Positions 10,250 through 22,094 of a stretch of DNA of 64,000 bases are shown here, piece by piece. The DNA comes from Marsupella aquatica (lineage: Eukaryota; Plantae; Marchantiophyta): positions 13,635,469-13,699,468 of the forward strand of contig OZ316896.1 in NCBI GenBank assembly GCA_973895155.1, given 5' to 3'. Every line of letters starts with the position of its first letter. Within the stretch, counting starts at the first letter, position 1. Below the pieces are notes generated by a model. It searched no databases. It saw only the letters and a list, made by a program, of their open reading frames with translations, and had not been told where the DNA came from. A program made the translations under genes and the position numbers.

Positions 10250-13200
10250 ATGCTGCTGCCACAAGGATGTCAAGTGGCAGCTGTGATGTGGAAAAACGTC
10301 TTCGATATCATCAAGAAATCTGGCCCTGTTCTTCGTTCTCCTCACAAGGCTTGGGCTCCAGCACCCTGCACTATTTTAAGGGCACCGGGGGTGGGATTTG
10401 CTCCTGAACTTGGGGTGCATGTCAATTGCCGTTGTCCATCAATAGATTTTTCTAATAATTGTTTTGCAGTTGGTAGAGCACTTAAACAGAGGTCTCCATA
10501 GCCACTGACCATCTGGGTTGCTGTGAGGGGTGACAGGCTTTGACGCATAGCACAATGAGTGTCACCACACCTGCTTGGATGCCGGTCCTTCCTGCTGTTG
10601 GAGACAACAATCAATTTGGGGCCGACCCCAAATGTAAGAAACAACTTTCTTCTCGGATATTCTTGTTGGACATTGTGTCTGTCTGTAATACTGAAGTCCA
10701 TGCTAGTAAAGTCTGTCATTTGCTGTCCCGTTGCGTCTTGGTTAATACACGAATCCTCAAGCAGAGTTTACCAGTTTCTCTGGCCAGTCTCAATTACATC
10801 CCCCGGGGTGGATGCAGATTTGACAGAAACAATTGTGCTATCTGTTGACCTGAATTTGTAATTGATGCACTGTGGCAGGTGTCATTCGGATTGTGTCTTA
10901 CAATATTTTGGCTCAGGTATACTATTATGATGTGAATCTCAGGGTGAGAAGTTGAAATCTCAAAATTGAGCCGGTCCGTGTGCAATTTGTAGTTCACAGT
11001 AGATTGTTAGCGCGAGCACCTTTGTCATGGTTGAAAACACATAAGGAAAGCCAAAGCATTACTGAAAGAACGGAGTCAGCTTCCCACTTGTATTCTCAGT
11101 TCCAATCATGCGTTCATGTGTCCAGGTATATGTGAAGAGTGTTAGCTTTCCTACTTCACCTCGCGCTAGCCTCAGGTATATGTTAGGCAACCCTCCGAAT
11201 CGCTATGTAGAAACAAAAGAATTTCTGAATGGCTTCATAAGATACAAGTGGCAGAACATAAGAGTACGCCATATGGTCTAGTCTACCGGATTGAAATGTT
11301 GTTTAAGACTGTCTTTGACAGTGATACTAAAACGCCCTTCATCTCACGATCCAAATTTCATGATACATTTGTCAAGAATTCTTCTAGGGTTCTAGCCACT
11401 TTTAGTCATGCTCTTTTTTATTCACAAACTTCAGTTGATTGTGTGCCATAACACAGGTGGAAGAATCGATCAGAGGCAGTTGTATCTCATCTTTTGTCAC
11501 TGGACGCGGATCTTCTATGTCTTCAGGTTGTGAATCGCTTTGGTCTCCCAGTAGTGTGATTGCAGGTTTCAGACGGAAAAGCTCAATGCAGTAAATTACC
11601 TGGGGATGCTCCCCATATAGAGACCTGAATCAACAATTGAGTTGAGACATGTGTGACATCGATCCAAAATTGGGGTTGTGCAGGAGGTGGACGAGTTCGA
11701 TACATTTTACAAGGAAGCCTTACGTAAAGGAGGATATGAGAGTGTCTATATCCAACGCGGAAACCAAAAACGCGATGGATGCGGTATTTTTTTCCGGAAT
11801 TCTAAGTACGATGAATCTCTCAGGATCTAACAAGATTGGCAGTCACACGCTAAAATACTAAAATTATGTTTGAATAACTAATGTACAATAACCACTAAGC
11901 AAGCAATTCCTCTATTCTGTCTTTGCCGGCTTTGTTCCACGAACAATGGGCGAATCACTATGACTGGTTTCTGCGGATTTGTGGCACTGATTCTTCAGTT
12001 GTTCGATCTGCCAGGGTTTCATTGCTGACTGATGAAGTGATTGATTACAATGACCTTGTGCCTCCTCTCCTAGACGACGAGACTGAAAAGGAAATCGCTG
12101 AAGACAGCGGTGGTAAGGATCATTCTGTCTGTCCTGTTGTATCTGTTTCTCAACGATGCGGGAAAAAACTTACTGACTGCAAAAATGTGTCACAGGAAAG
12201 GCTGCCCAGAAAAGAGGGGACATAAACGATGTCCGTGTTAGGATGCAGCGTGACTGTGTTGCCATCGTTGCAGCTTTCAGACCTGTTGACGCCCCTGGTC
12301 GCATTCTCATTGTTGCAAATACCCACATATTTTGGTATTTCACCTTCGTCCCGAGCAGACAAGTTTGCCTGATGTGATGTTGTATTGGTCTACTCTTTAA
12401 ATGTGGGGTGAGAGTGGAGAATGTAATGTCATCAGTCGAGACCTACCCCCTCGGAATAGCTCCCTGATGTTATGTTGTATTGGTCTACTCTTTAAATGTG
12501 GGGTGAGAATGGAGAATGTAATGTCATCAGTCGAGACCTACCTCGGAATAGCTCCCTGATGTTATGTTGTATTGGTCTACTCTTTAAATGTGGGGTGAGA
12601 ATGGAGAATGTAATGTCGTCAGTCGAGAGCTACCTCGGAATAGCTCCCTGATGTTATGTTGTATTGGTCTAGTCTTTAAATGTGGGGTGAGAATGGAGAA
12701 TCTAATGTCGTCAGTCGAGACCTACCCCCTCGGAATAGCTCCCTGATGTTATGTTGTATTGGTCTACTCTTTAATTGTGGGGTGAGAATGGAGAATGTAA
12801 TGTCATCAGTCGAGACCTACCTCGGAATAGCTCCCTGATGTTATGTTGTATTGGTCTACTCTTTAAATGTGGGGTGAGAATGGAGAATGTAATGTCGTCA
12901 GTCGAGAGCTACCTCGGAATAGCTGCCTGATGTTATGTTGTATTGGTCTAGTCTTTAAATGTGGGGTGAGAATGGAGAATCTAATGTCGTCAGTCGAAAG
13001 CTACCTCGGAATAGCTCCTCACGTGGGATTGTTTTCTTCATTCAGGGATCCTGTTCTGATGGATGTCAAGCTAGCCCAAGTCAGATATCTTGCAGAACGC
13101 TTGCTGGCCTTTCAAACGAGGATTGCAGAAGCATTTGATGTTGAGCCTCTGCTTTTCGTTGCTGGTGATTTCAATTCGTTACCGGGGGATACTGTGAGCA

Positions 13201-13786
13201 ATCATGATAACCCTCTTAGCTACAGCTCATTTTCTGCTTCTTTCCATATGCAATTAAAGACCTCAAGCTGGCTTATTCTGTTTGAACTCACTGAGGTTGG
13301 CTCTTGTCATACCCTTCTTTACATTTGAGCAGAAACATTTAGTGACCAAGACGAAGTTCCTTTTCGAATGTACATGTGCAGGTCTACAATTATGTCACAT
13401 CAGGTGTTGATCAGGGTATCAAGGTCAAGGCCGTGGAGAATGTGGACGAGGCTCTAGAAGAAGGGCTCTCAATTTCACAAGAACAGAGTGCAGATGTAGG
13501 ACTTGGCCAAGCTGACGGAGGATGTGTGACAGGATTTGTTGGAAAATTTCCTCTACCTCTGGTCAGTTTATATGCCTATGTAGACAAAGAGCCTCCTGCC
13601 ACAAATTACACTCACAATTTTGTTGGTACTCTAGACTACATCTTTTTCATTCCCTCCAGACACCTGAAACCTCAAAGCCTCCTTGCACTCCCACCTCGAG
13701 ATGCTCCAGATGTTGTCACTGGTCTTCCCAATAATCGTCACCCAAGTGACCATCTTCCCATTGGCTCTGACTTTGAAATCTATTGA
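10250..13786 (+). CDS. CCR4: CCR4/Angel/nocturnin-like EEP-superfamily phosphohydrolase (similar to Arabidopsis CCR4 homolog 4); exons ~10250-10390, 10537-10633, 10879-10916, 11126-11175, 11457-11526, 11684-11805, 12015-12112, 12196-12334, 13046-13193, 13382-13786
   Basis: Manual splicing at GT-AG sites gives a continuous frame: RIVSYNILAQ|VYVKSVSFP...|WKNRSEAV...DADLLCLQ|EVDEFDTFY...YIQRGNQKRDGCGIFF...|...IVANTHIFW|DPVLMDVKLAQ...AGDFNSLPGD|...TNYTHNFVGTLDYIFF...GLPNNRHPSDHLPIG. All EEP catalytic motifs are present. The first exon and start codon (10250, 10286 or the Met in exon 2) are less certain. Confidence 0.93.
12369..13018 (+). repeat. Intronic tandem array, 7 copies of 92-95 bp, in CCR4 intron 8
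   Basis: The unit ctgatgttatgttgtattggtctactctttaaatgtggggtgagaatggagaatgtaatgtc...cctcggaatagctcc starts at ~12369, 12464, 12556, 12648, 12743, 12835 and 12927. Confidence 0.97.
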
Positions 13787-14584
13787 GATACAAGGATAAA
13801 TTTGGTGTTGAAGGAGTACGACCTTGCTCTAAATGACTGCAGACCTTTGTGGAAAAGGTTATTCTTTATTGCTCAACACCCTGTTGCAATTGGACATATT
13901 TTGCCTTGACATTGTTGTCTCAAATAAAAGCTGAGGGCTTTTTGACTGGAGGTGTTTGCTTTGAGAGAATGCATTGGTGCAGTGTTAGGGTCTAGGGGAA
14001 AAACAATGAGAGAAATCAGTTGTGAAATGGATTACACCATTCCTTACCATTTTTTACTACCAGGCGCCCCAAACTGTCTGAAATTAGTAATTTTTGGTGA
14101 TTTCTTAAAGAAAATAACTATTTTTGAATGTGCCATCTCCCCTGGTGCTGAATTAATGAGATGACATTGATACTAACAAATTTGGTGATTTCTTAAAGAA
14201 AAGAACTATTTTTGGATGTGCCATCTCCCCTTGTGCTGAACTGCTGAGATGACATTGATACTAACAAATTTCAGTGACTCTTTGGTATAGAAGATTGTAC
14301 TATATGTGAAATGAGTACTACAAAATTCCAGATACTTTTTGGTATAGACAACTGTACTATATGTGAAATGAGTGTTAAGGGTTACCCTGAGTACTTCATG
14401 CATAAACTCGTGGTTTTTTTCTTCTTTCTTGAAAGGAGCACTTTTAATGATATGAAAATGGAAACCCAACCAGTGTGTGGGTCTAGTTGTGAATTGTTTA
14501 GTAACATCATTGAGCTTTTCATTTCCAACCACTTTTCTCTCAATTGGACTCTACCAAAAGGAAGTTGTTTGATGTAATAAGGGA

Positions 14585-14900
14585 AGGTGGGGGCTCAGGG
14601 ACCTTAATCCAATGGGTGTCCCATATCACGCTCAAAGTTTTGGGGGAATAAACACCCTAAAAGTTAAGTCAATAAAGCCTTTTTTATGAATTTTTTACCC
14701 CTAACTTAATGGAATATTCCAAGAATATTCTCATATTTGATTTTAAAAAACCCTATGATTCTTATAATTCTCAAAATTGGATTAAAATAACTCTAATGTT
14801 CTTCAACAAAAATTTAAAAGTATTTCACTAAACCCAATAAAAAAACCCTATATTTATTCGCGCGTGATGGGTTGGAGAAAAGAAGTGAGGACCCCTGGGG
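14585..14900. mobile_element. AT-rich dispersed repeat (MITE-like), with an inverted homologue at 58325-58660
   Basis: Ends in ...agaagtgaggacccc. Its internal blocks (gaatattc, cttataattctcaaaatt, ttcttcaacaaaa) match the reverse complement of 58325-58660. Confidence 0.7.
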
Positions 14901-14930
14901 TGGGGGAGAGAGAATTAGGATGTAGGGTTC

Positions 14931-15623
14931 TGTTAGGATTTACTCTTAGGTCTAGAGTTACGACTGTACCGTAGTTAAGGCTAACCTTAGTCGCAGACTT
15001 GGTTAGGTTAGTCATGGTGTGCACACTCTATAACCAAGCGGTGTTTGTTTGGAGAGTGGGAACTCTGGCTCATTGTTATGGAGCCACTTGAGAGTGTTAG
15101 GTATTTACTCAAGGTCTAGGGTTACAACATGTAACCATAGTTAGACTAACCGTAGTCAGAGACATGGTTAGGTTAACTAGGATGCACACTATATGCCAAG
15201 CGGTGTTTGCTTGGATAAGTGGAACTTAGGCTCATTGTTATGGAGCCACTTGAGAGATGAGGAGAGCATACACTGTGGAGACTTGGTGTGGCCGACGGGC
15301 TTAGAGTTCAGTAAAGCTCTCTTGTGTGTTCCCGTGGACGTAGCCTCGAGGAGGTGAACCACGTATCTCTTGTGTCGACTACTTGCGCGTTGGATGTGTC
15401 ATGTGCTTACCGTTACAAGTGTCGTCTATGCTCAACAGAGAGATGAGGAGAGCTTACACTGAAAAGACTTGATATGGGCGACGGGCTTAGAGTTCAGTAA
15501 AGCTCTCTTGTGTGTTCCCGTGGACGTAGCCTCGAGGAGGTGAACCACGTATCTCTTGTGTCGACTACTTGCGCGTTGGATGTGTCATGTGTTTACCATT
15601 GCGATTGTCGTCTATGCTCAACA
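14931..15623 (+). mobile_element. Solo LTR (Copia-like, ~345 bp) with 5-bp TSD GGTTC, interrupted by a nested solo LTR
   Basis: TGTT...AACA termini are flanked by ggttc on both sides (14926-14930 and 15624-15628). It carries the plant Copia-LTR-like motif cccgtggacgtagcc...gaaccacgta. Confidence 0.9.
15095..15437 (+). mobile_element. Nested solo LTR of the same family (343 bp) with 5-bp TSD GAGAG
   Basis: tgttagg...ctcaaca is flanked by gagag at 15090-15094 and 15438-15442. Removing it restores the continuous ccacttgagagatgaggag junction seen in the inner copy. Confidence 0.88.
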
Positions 15624-16299
15624 GGTTCTTTTACAAGTGCCCCATCCATAACAACATAAATTGTTGAGAGTAGCAAGGGTTAACAACTTGTTGATACTTA
15701 ACTCAAGCAAGTGGTTAAATAGGTTAACTCTCCTAACACAATGTACTTTACCATGAATTAGTGCTGCTAAGGTTAGACTAGTGGAGAGGGCCTATACCTT
15801 GGAGGAACACTTCATTGTGCCCACACTAGATATCAATGGTGAAGAGTTGGAGAGTGGAGAGAGAGAAGAGTATAGTGTTATGGAGCTCAGCATGTGATTT
15901 GTCAAGCTATGGCCAATGTATGGTGTTAATATATTTAGTCAATTTTTCCTTTTGGTCAAGGACACACCCTAAACAGGGTGAACCAAACTTCTTGAAGTCA
16001 AGAATGATAGATTGTGCGTTGTACCCTGGTTCCTCAACACATGTATCTCAACACAACTAGCAATAAGGATGTCCATTCATATGCGAAAAGACATTCATTT
16101 CACAACCCTTCCCCTATCATGGAAAGAGTTATGAGGTTTAATTTATTTCTAGTTCTTCCATGCCACATTGATTTGTAGATTGATTGAATTGTTTTTCTTT
16201 TTTTTTTAGGAATAAAGGGGGAAAGAGGGTGAGGACCACTCAAACCCAAATAAACAAGAGAGCAAGCACTCCTATAATGAATATTGTTTTTCTTTAGGT

Positions 16300-17300
16300 C
16301 CTCCTAGGTCAGATCTGCCTGGGTCAAATCAGCTTAGAAGGCATTTAATTATGTCTTATGTGGCATACTAATCAGACAAATGTGGGCTATATTTGCCTAT
16401 TTTTTATTCTTGACCCCATGCTCCATTGGTACTAAGATTTTGCCACAGTATATGGTCACCATGTCTATTCTATGAGCTCTAAAACTTTCAACTTTTAAAT
16501 CAAGTACAAATGAAAGTAAAAGATGCTGGACCCTGCTCTAACTTTTAAATTCAGCATATATAACATCAGAAAATGTCAATTTGGCTTAGGTAAGGTCGGT
16601 TGGGGTCAGATCTGCTTAAGTCAGGTCAACTTAAGGTCACCTTAGGTAAAGCAGCTTAAGTGAAAATCATCTTAGGTAAATCACCCTAAGAAGAGAGTTG
16701 TGTATAGACGTGTGGCAAACAGATCATTGGCTATCTTTGTCTCCCGCTTTGTCTATTTTATATATCTTTGAATGTACATTCTTGATGTCTCAACTTCAAG
16801 TTCCAATGGTACTCAGCTTTTACCAGAGTATACGGCTATGTCTATACTATTAGATAGTAAACTCACACCTTTTTTATTTGAAAATTAGATAGAAAATGCA
16901 TAACGTTGGTAAGAATTTTGAAGTTAGCTTAGATAGATTAGGTTGGCAAAGGTCAACTTGGCTTAGACAAGTTTTTTCTGGTCAGATTGGCTCAGTTGAG
17001 GTCAGCTCAGGTCTGATCTGCCTTCAGGTGTCAACTTGGCTTAAGGTTGGCTTAGGTAAATTTGCTTAGAAGGCATTTGTGTCACAATATGTGTGTTCTG
17101 TGGAAAACTAATCATTGACTAGCTTTGCGTTTGCCTTATTCTTAACTTTTACCTTCATTGGTACTTACTAAGATTTTATTAAAATAGACCACCATGTCTA
17201 TTCTGTAAGTGATAAACTTGGAGTTATTTCTATCCATTGCAATAGAAATTAATTTAAAAAGCACAAAAATGATCTAAATGATGAAGTTGGCTTAGTCAGC
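16300..17300. repeat. Degenerate repeat with (ggtca/gcttag) sub-repeats, about 3 blocks
   Basis: Recurrent ggtcagatctgc, gcttaggtaaa, gcttagaaggcattt and ggtactaagatttt...accatgtctattct blocks. Confidence 0.55.
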
Positions 17301-17861
17301 TTCAGTGCACAAGCAAGTTTTGCTTGATTGGTGGGGAATCACACTCCTGCAATCCACTTAGAGTCCTCCTAAGAAAAGTTCTGAAGAGTTGCACACAAGG
17401 ACATCCAACAAGTTGTAACTTAAAGCCAACTAACACATCATTTGAATTTTTTCATACCCTCATCCCTCAAGAAGCCCAAGAAGGAGTCTGTCCCAAACAT
17501 GTAACACTACTACAAATACTGTAGATAAGTCCAACCTGATTTGAAGGTTCTCATGTGCCCTTGTTGTGTAGTGCATCCTTAGATCAACTACAGGCTTTAG
17601 GGGCACCAAAAAGAATGGAATTGGATACTTTGTCACTATTTTATGTTAAGTCATTATAATCCCACTATTTGCACTTTTGATTAACCAAAGTAACTCTGGC
17701 TAGTTGGAATGATCCAATGGTGGAACCATTGAGTGTTGCAAGGACTTGAGGGTAAAATATTAGTTGAGGTTTAGTTTTGGTAATGTTATATAATTCCTAT
17801 CAGCCATTAAGGGCTCTACAGGACATATTTGAAGTTTTGGGTGATTGGTTGTAATGCAAAA

Positions 17862-18785
17862 CTAGTTCAATACCTGTGCATTACACGGGAGATATTGTTA
17901 TGCAAATTGAAGATGTTCTAGTGTAAAAGATGTCATTACCCAAAAGATGTCATTACATAAAAGATGATATTGCAATAAAAGATGTCCTTGTGCAAAAGAT
18001 GTACAAAATATATCATTGCAGAAAGTATGCTGTTATGCAATGGATGTTACATTGGAATAAAAGATATAGGTATGTAAAAGAATGTGTTGCATAAAAATTA
18101 TCATTGCGTTCCCCTTTTCTCATCCATTGAGCTTTGAAGGCCGTGTCTTCCCATCCATGTGCCTCCCACTTTCTCCTTGATCATCGCCCCTCTTTTTTTC
18201 CAGTCTCTTTGACCCCTTCCATGTTTTGCTTCACAGTCTTTTGTTGACATAAAAAAGTCAAAATTTGGAAAACAACCATGATAGTGCAAAAGTCTCATCA
18301 TTTTGGTTGGGTTGTTAGTGTTGTAAAATTGTTATCAGTTTGATCATTGTTGTTGTTGTCCGCTGGTCCTCACTTATTTCTTCCGACCCATAATGCATGA
18401 ATAAGTAAAAGGTTTTTTTATTGCATTTTGTGAAAGACTAATAAATTTTTGGGGACGAACACTAGGGCTGTTTTAATCAATTTCTGAATAAGAAGATTCT
18501 GAAAAGTCAAAAGAATTAGTGGTTAAAAAATCAGTGATTACAAATTTTACTTATGTTTAATGTGTTATTGCCCCAAAATTTTGTGTGTGATATGAGACCC
18601 CCTGGGCAGAAGGCCCTCAAGATTATTGTTGTGAAAGTGTTGCTATTGGGGAGAGAAAAGGTTTGTGCATGGGCACGTGCGGCGGGTGTCCATGTATGGT
18701 CACGCAATATGAGGGAGTGTTTTTTTATTTATTTTATTTTATTTGTAGGTGACTGTTAATATGTATATTTAAATAATAGTCTAGA
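17862..18785 (-). mobile_element. Non-autonomous Helitron
   Basis: On the minus strand the 5' end reads A|TCTAGACTATTATTTAAAT. The 3' end has an imperfect hairpin cccgtgt-aat-gcacagg followed by CTAG|T. It sits between A and T with no TSD and contains aaaagatgtc sub-repeats. Confidence 0.7.
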
Positions 18786-19414
18786 TATTCAGATTTTTCC
18801 AAAATTTCCAAAATTTCTTTTAATTTTCGTTTTGGGCAGATCCGAGCAGGCATTCTGACAGACATTTGAGGTGTGAGGAGAGTCTAGGTGGATCTGATGG
18901 TACCTAAAAAATCCATTTTTGATAAAGGGCTAGGATTGACTTTTTTTTTTCCTTATTTTGTACCCTCATTCCATTATGACATGGTTAAGAAAAATGAGGG
19001 ACATGCATCTATTTTTTGGTATAACATGATCTAATATTCTAATACAATCTGACACGGGTTCTCATTTTTGTCCCACATGATTATGCATACAAGTTCCCCA
19101 CATGCAAGGAATACATAAATGTGCCCACAAACAAGAAATCCAGATGCTCCAATTAGAACCAATGGCTGAGAATCAAGTATTCACTTTTGTCCCACATGAG
19201 TGTTCACACAAGTGCTCACACATGAAAAGAATCTAGATGGTTCAATTAGACAGATCCAATGGTTTAAAATTTATGGGATGATGTGGATTTTTCACAGAAT
19301 TTTCACAATTACAAGAGTCTCTAACTAGACCCGTAATAATTTTCTTCTTTCTTGAAAAGAGCACTTTCCTTACACAAAAATGGAAAACCCAAAAAAAACT
19401 GGAAACTTGTGTTT

Positions 19415-19685
19415 ATCGAGGTTGCACTTATCATTGATATTCTGAAATTCCAGATACTCTTTGGTATACACAGTTGTACTGTATGTGAAATGAGTACTAC
19501 AGGTCACCTTGAGTACTTTTAAACATGAACTTTTTGTTTATCAAGGTTGCACTTATCATTGATCCTCTAAAACTCCAGATAATCTTTGGTATACACAGTC
19601 AGTTGTACCGTCTGTGAAATGAGTAGTAGAGGTTACCTTGAGTACTTTTATACATGAACTTTTGCATCATCAAGGTTGCACTTGT
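19415..19685 (+). repeat. ~118 bp tandem repeat (2+ copies), related copy at 14270-14470
   Basis: Repeated ttatc.aggttgcacttatcattgat...ccagat...tttggtatacacag...gtgaaatgagta...ttgagtactttt. Confidence 0.75.
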
Positions 19686-19756
19686 CTAGGTCTCACTGTA
19701 GAGCGTGAACTCCTAGATTAGGACATCGCCTAGAGTCCTAGACCCCTACAACAATA

Positions 19757-20198
19757 CAGTGACCTTCATCTAAGTGCACACTCCCAGGAAGACGCCTTGG
19801 GTGTGCACTTAATGAGGTTGGAAATTTTGATAACTGCAAACACTTGGGAATTATTGCAATGGGCCCTCGACGTTCACACTCTTGTGACTTCCTTCTCAAA
19901 TCTACATCCATGCCCCAATTGTGCCCCTACCTCATAAGTGCAAATTTAGTCCCTATGAAAAAGATTAATTGCATTTATCATTAATTGTAAGTGTGCATAA
20001 ACAGAGGGTTTATAGTTATGTATTTGTTGTTTAGGGCAGCCCTCCTTCCACTTATATATATGTCAACCCTCTTTACACTTACCAAAAGTGCAAAAAAAGT
20101 GTAAAACTGTCAGGTCAGGAAAGAAAGGGAAGAACAAGACACCTTGCAATTATCGAGGGTTTGTACTTATGGGATATGCACTTATAGAGAGGTCACTG
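19757..20198. mobile_element. Tc1/mariner-superfamily MITE (TA TSD, CAGTGACC TIRs)
   Basis: TA|cagtgaccttcatctaagtgcac ... tgcacttatagagaggtcactg|TA, giving ~24 bp imperfect terminal inverted repeats. A related internal fragment lies at ~50650-50890. Confidence 0.82.
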
Positions 20199-20419
20199 TA
20201 GCTCTCAACTCAGAAGGGTGGTCCGTTTGATTTTGGAGGTTTCTTGTTTTTGCCAGGGTGACTAATTTTAGCTTGAGTGAAAGAGATGCTCAACATATAC
20301 CTATAAAAAATTTCTTACCTTAGTTCGTCATCTTAGATCTCCCTAGATTCTGGCTATTAAGTAATGGGATCAGTGGCTAAAGAGACAAAAAGCATGGAAA
20401 TCTAACTTTCTCAGATTAA

Positions 20420-21210
20420 TTACATGTCCCTATGGGAAGCTCCTTCCAAAAGCACTGGTACCATGTGTAACCACATCAAGGCTGTTGGTCACAAAGAAGA
20501 AAGGCTAGTTGCGTAGGAAGAACCATTGAACCCTAACAATACACGTTTGAGGCAAGGCGAGAGGCAAGGGCAAAGGAAAATAGTTAGACACCACAACCTC
20601 GGACCACAACAGTAAAAACTTTGGAAATTAAAAAAAAACACTTGGATGAAACAAACAAAGGGGTAAAAGAAAATGACTTTTTGGATGGATTGATATATCA
20701 GTGTTTTCAATAAAATGTTTGAAGTTATATTTAATTAACAGACTTTTGAAGTAGCCATGCCTAGAAAGTAATCCTTTGACTACTATGGACAGAGGAATAC
20801 CAAGGGAAAATAAGAAACCCTTTAGCTACCATGGACAGAGGATTACCGACCGATCTTAAGAAACCTTTTGACTACTATGGAAAGTTGAATTCCAGTGGAA
20901 TATAAGAAACCCTTTGACTGATGTGGACATAGGAATACAGAATGAACATAAGAAACTCTTTGGCTACTATAAGATTTTGCATACTTTCTTAGATTTATGG
21001 AATAGACTGTATGGACATAGGAGCTAGTATGAAAGGAACTTTTTGCATGGACTATGACCATGAATAATCTCATATTTGACCTCAATGAAATTAAACATAT
21101 CCTAACTACGTTGAAACCCATTTCAGCAGAACCCTCCATTTAGTCTTTGTCCTCTCATCTCCATTAATATTCAACTCTATTCCAATATGCAACTCTTCAT
21201 TGCCCCAACT
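20420..21210. repeat. Dispersed ~800 bp repeat with internal ~50 bp sub-repeats; inverted homologue at ~32420-33210
   Basis: Blocks such as tttgaggcaagg, ctttgtcctctcatct, ctattccaat and gactactatggacagagga match the reverse complement of 32420-33210. Confidence 0.65.
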
Positions 21211-21239
21211 TGTTTAAAAAGTAAGCTTACAAGGGGTCT

Positions 21240-21850
21240 TCAAACTAATTATTGAGCTTTACATCTCCCTGGATCCTGGTTAATGGGTCTGTGGATCTCT
21301 CCGGGAATCTCTCTAGATTCTAACATCTCCTTCAGTGAACCAGAAGATGCTAAGAATGTTACTTTGGTAGATTTCTTAGATAAATTTGTGAAGTTAGATG
21401 TCGCTAGATTCTGGCTAAAGGGGTATGAATGTGGCTCAAGAGATTTCTGAAGCTGCTGAGTGTTTGAATGCTGTGAGCAGATGTTCACCCCCTGGTAGAA
21501 AGAACACACGGTTGTGCCGGGCAAAAGATAGGATTGACAGTTTGCATAGGCTCTGGCTTAGTGATGGCAGGGGCTATATTTCCACTGGTGGATGACCCTG
21601 TGCCCACAATGGGATTAGAATGTGGGATTAGGTCTTAACTGTGGTCCTGACATGAGACCCCCTCTTCTCATTTGCTATTGCTATTCTCTCCTAACTTGCT
21701 GGTTTTGGTTTGTCTTGGTGACGGCTTCTTTTGTACCCTTGTGTCCCCCCCCCCCCCCCCCCCAAGGGGGAGGGTTGTCTTGTTTTGCCGTGTGGCTTGT
21801 TTGCCCTGCCCATGGGGTTTTTCGCGGGCTAAAACTTTTTATAAAAAAAT
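21240..21850 (+). mobile_element. Probable 3' remnant of a LINE (decayed ORF end, C-rich UTR, A-rich tail)
   Basis: Decayed coding-like sequence (LVDFLDKFVKLDVARFWLKG) is followed by a GT/C-rich tract and ataaaaaaat. Confidence 0.4.
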
Positions 21851-22094
21851 CAATTCCAAGGAATGTGGCTCAAGAGAAACAACATAGCCAGACAAAATTC
21901 ACAAGAATGAGATGCATATAAACAGGAAATAACATGGATTTTTATTTTTTTTTCAAGCAAAGGATAATTACGCTAGCATGTCATGGAAATAGCAAGTACA
22001 GCCAGAAATGGTTACACACCAATACTCCCTATATGGAGTAGTAATTATTTTGATGTTTTGCTCAAAAAACAAATTTGCGCACACCAAACAAATA

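Noticed and set aside
12369-13018. Regular repeats resembling a CRISPR array
   Set aside because: Whole units are repeated with no unique spacers, there are no cas genes, and the array is inside a eukaryotic intron.
12867-13045. N-terminal part of the 153-aa ORF at 12867
   Set aside because: Intronic repeat read-through; only 13046-13193 is a CCR4 exon.
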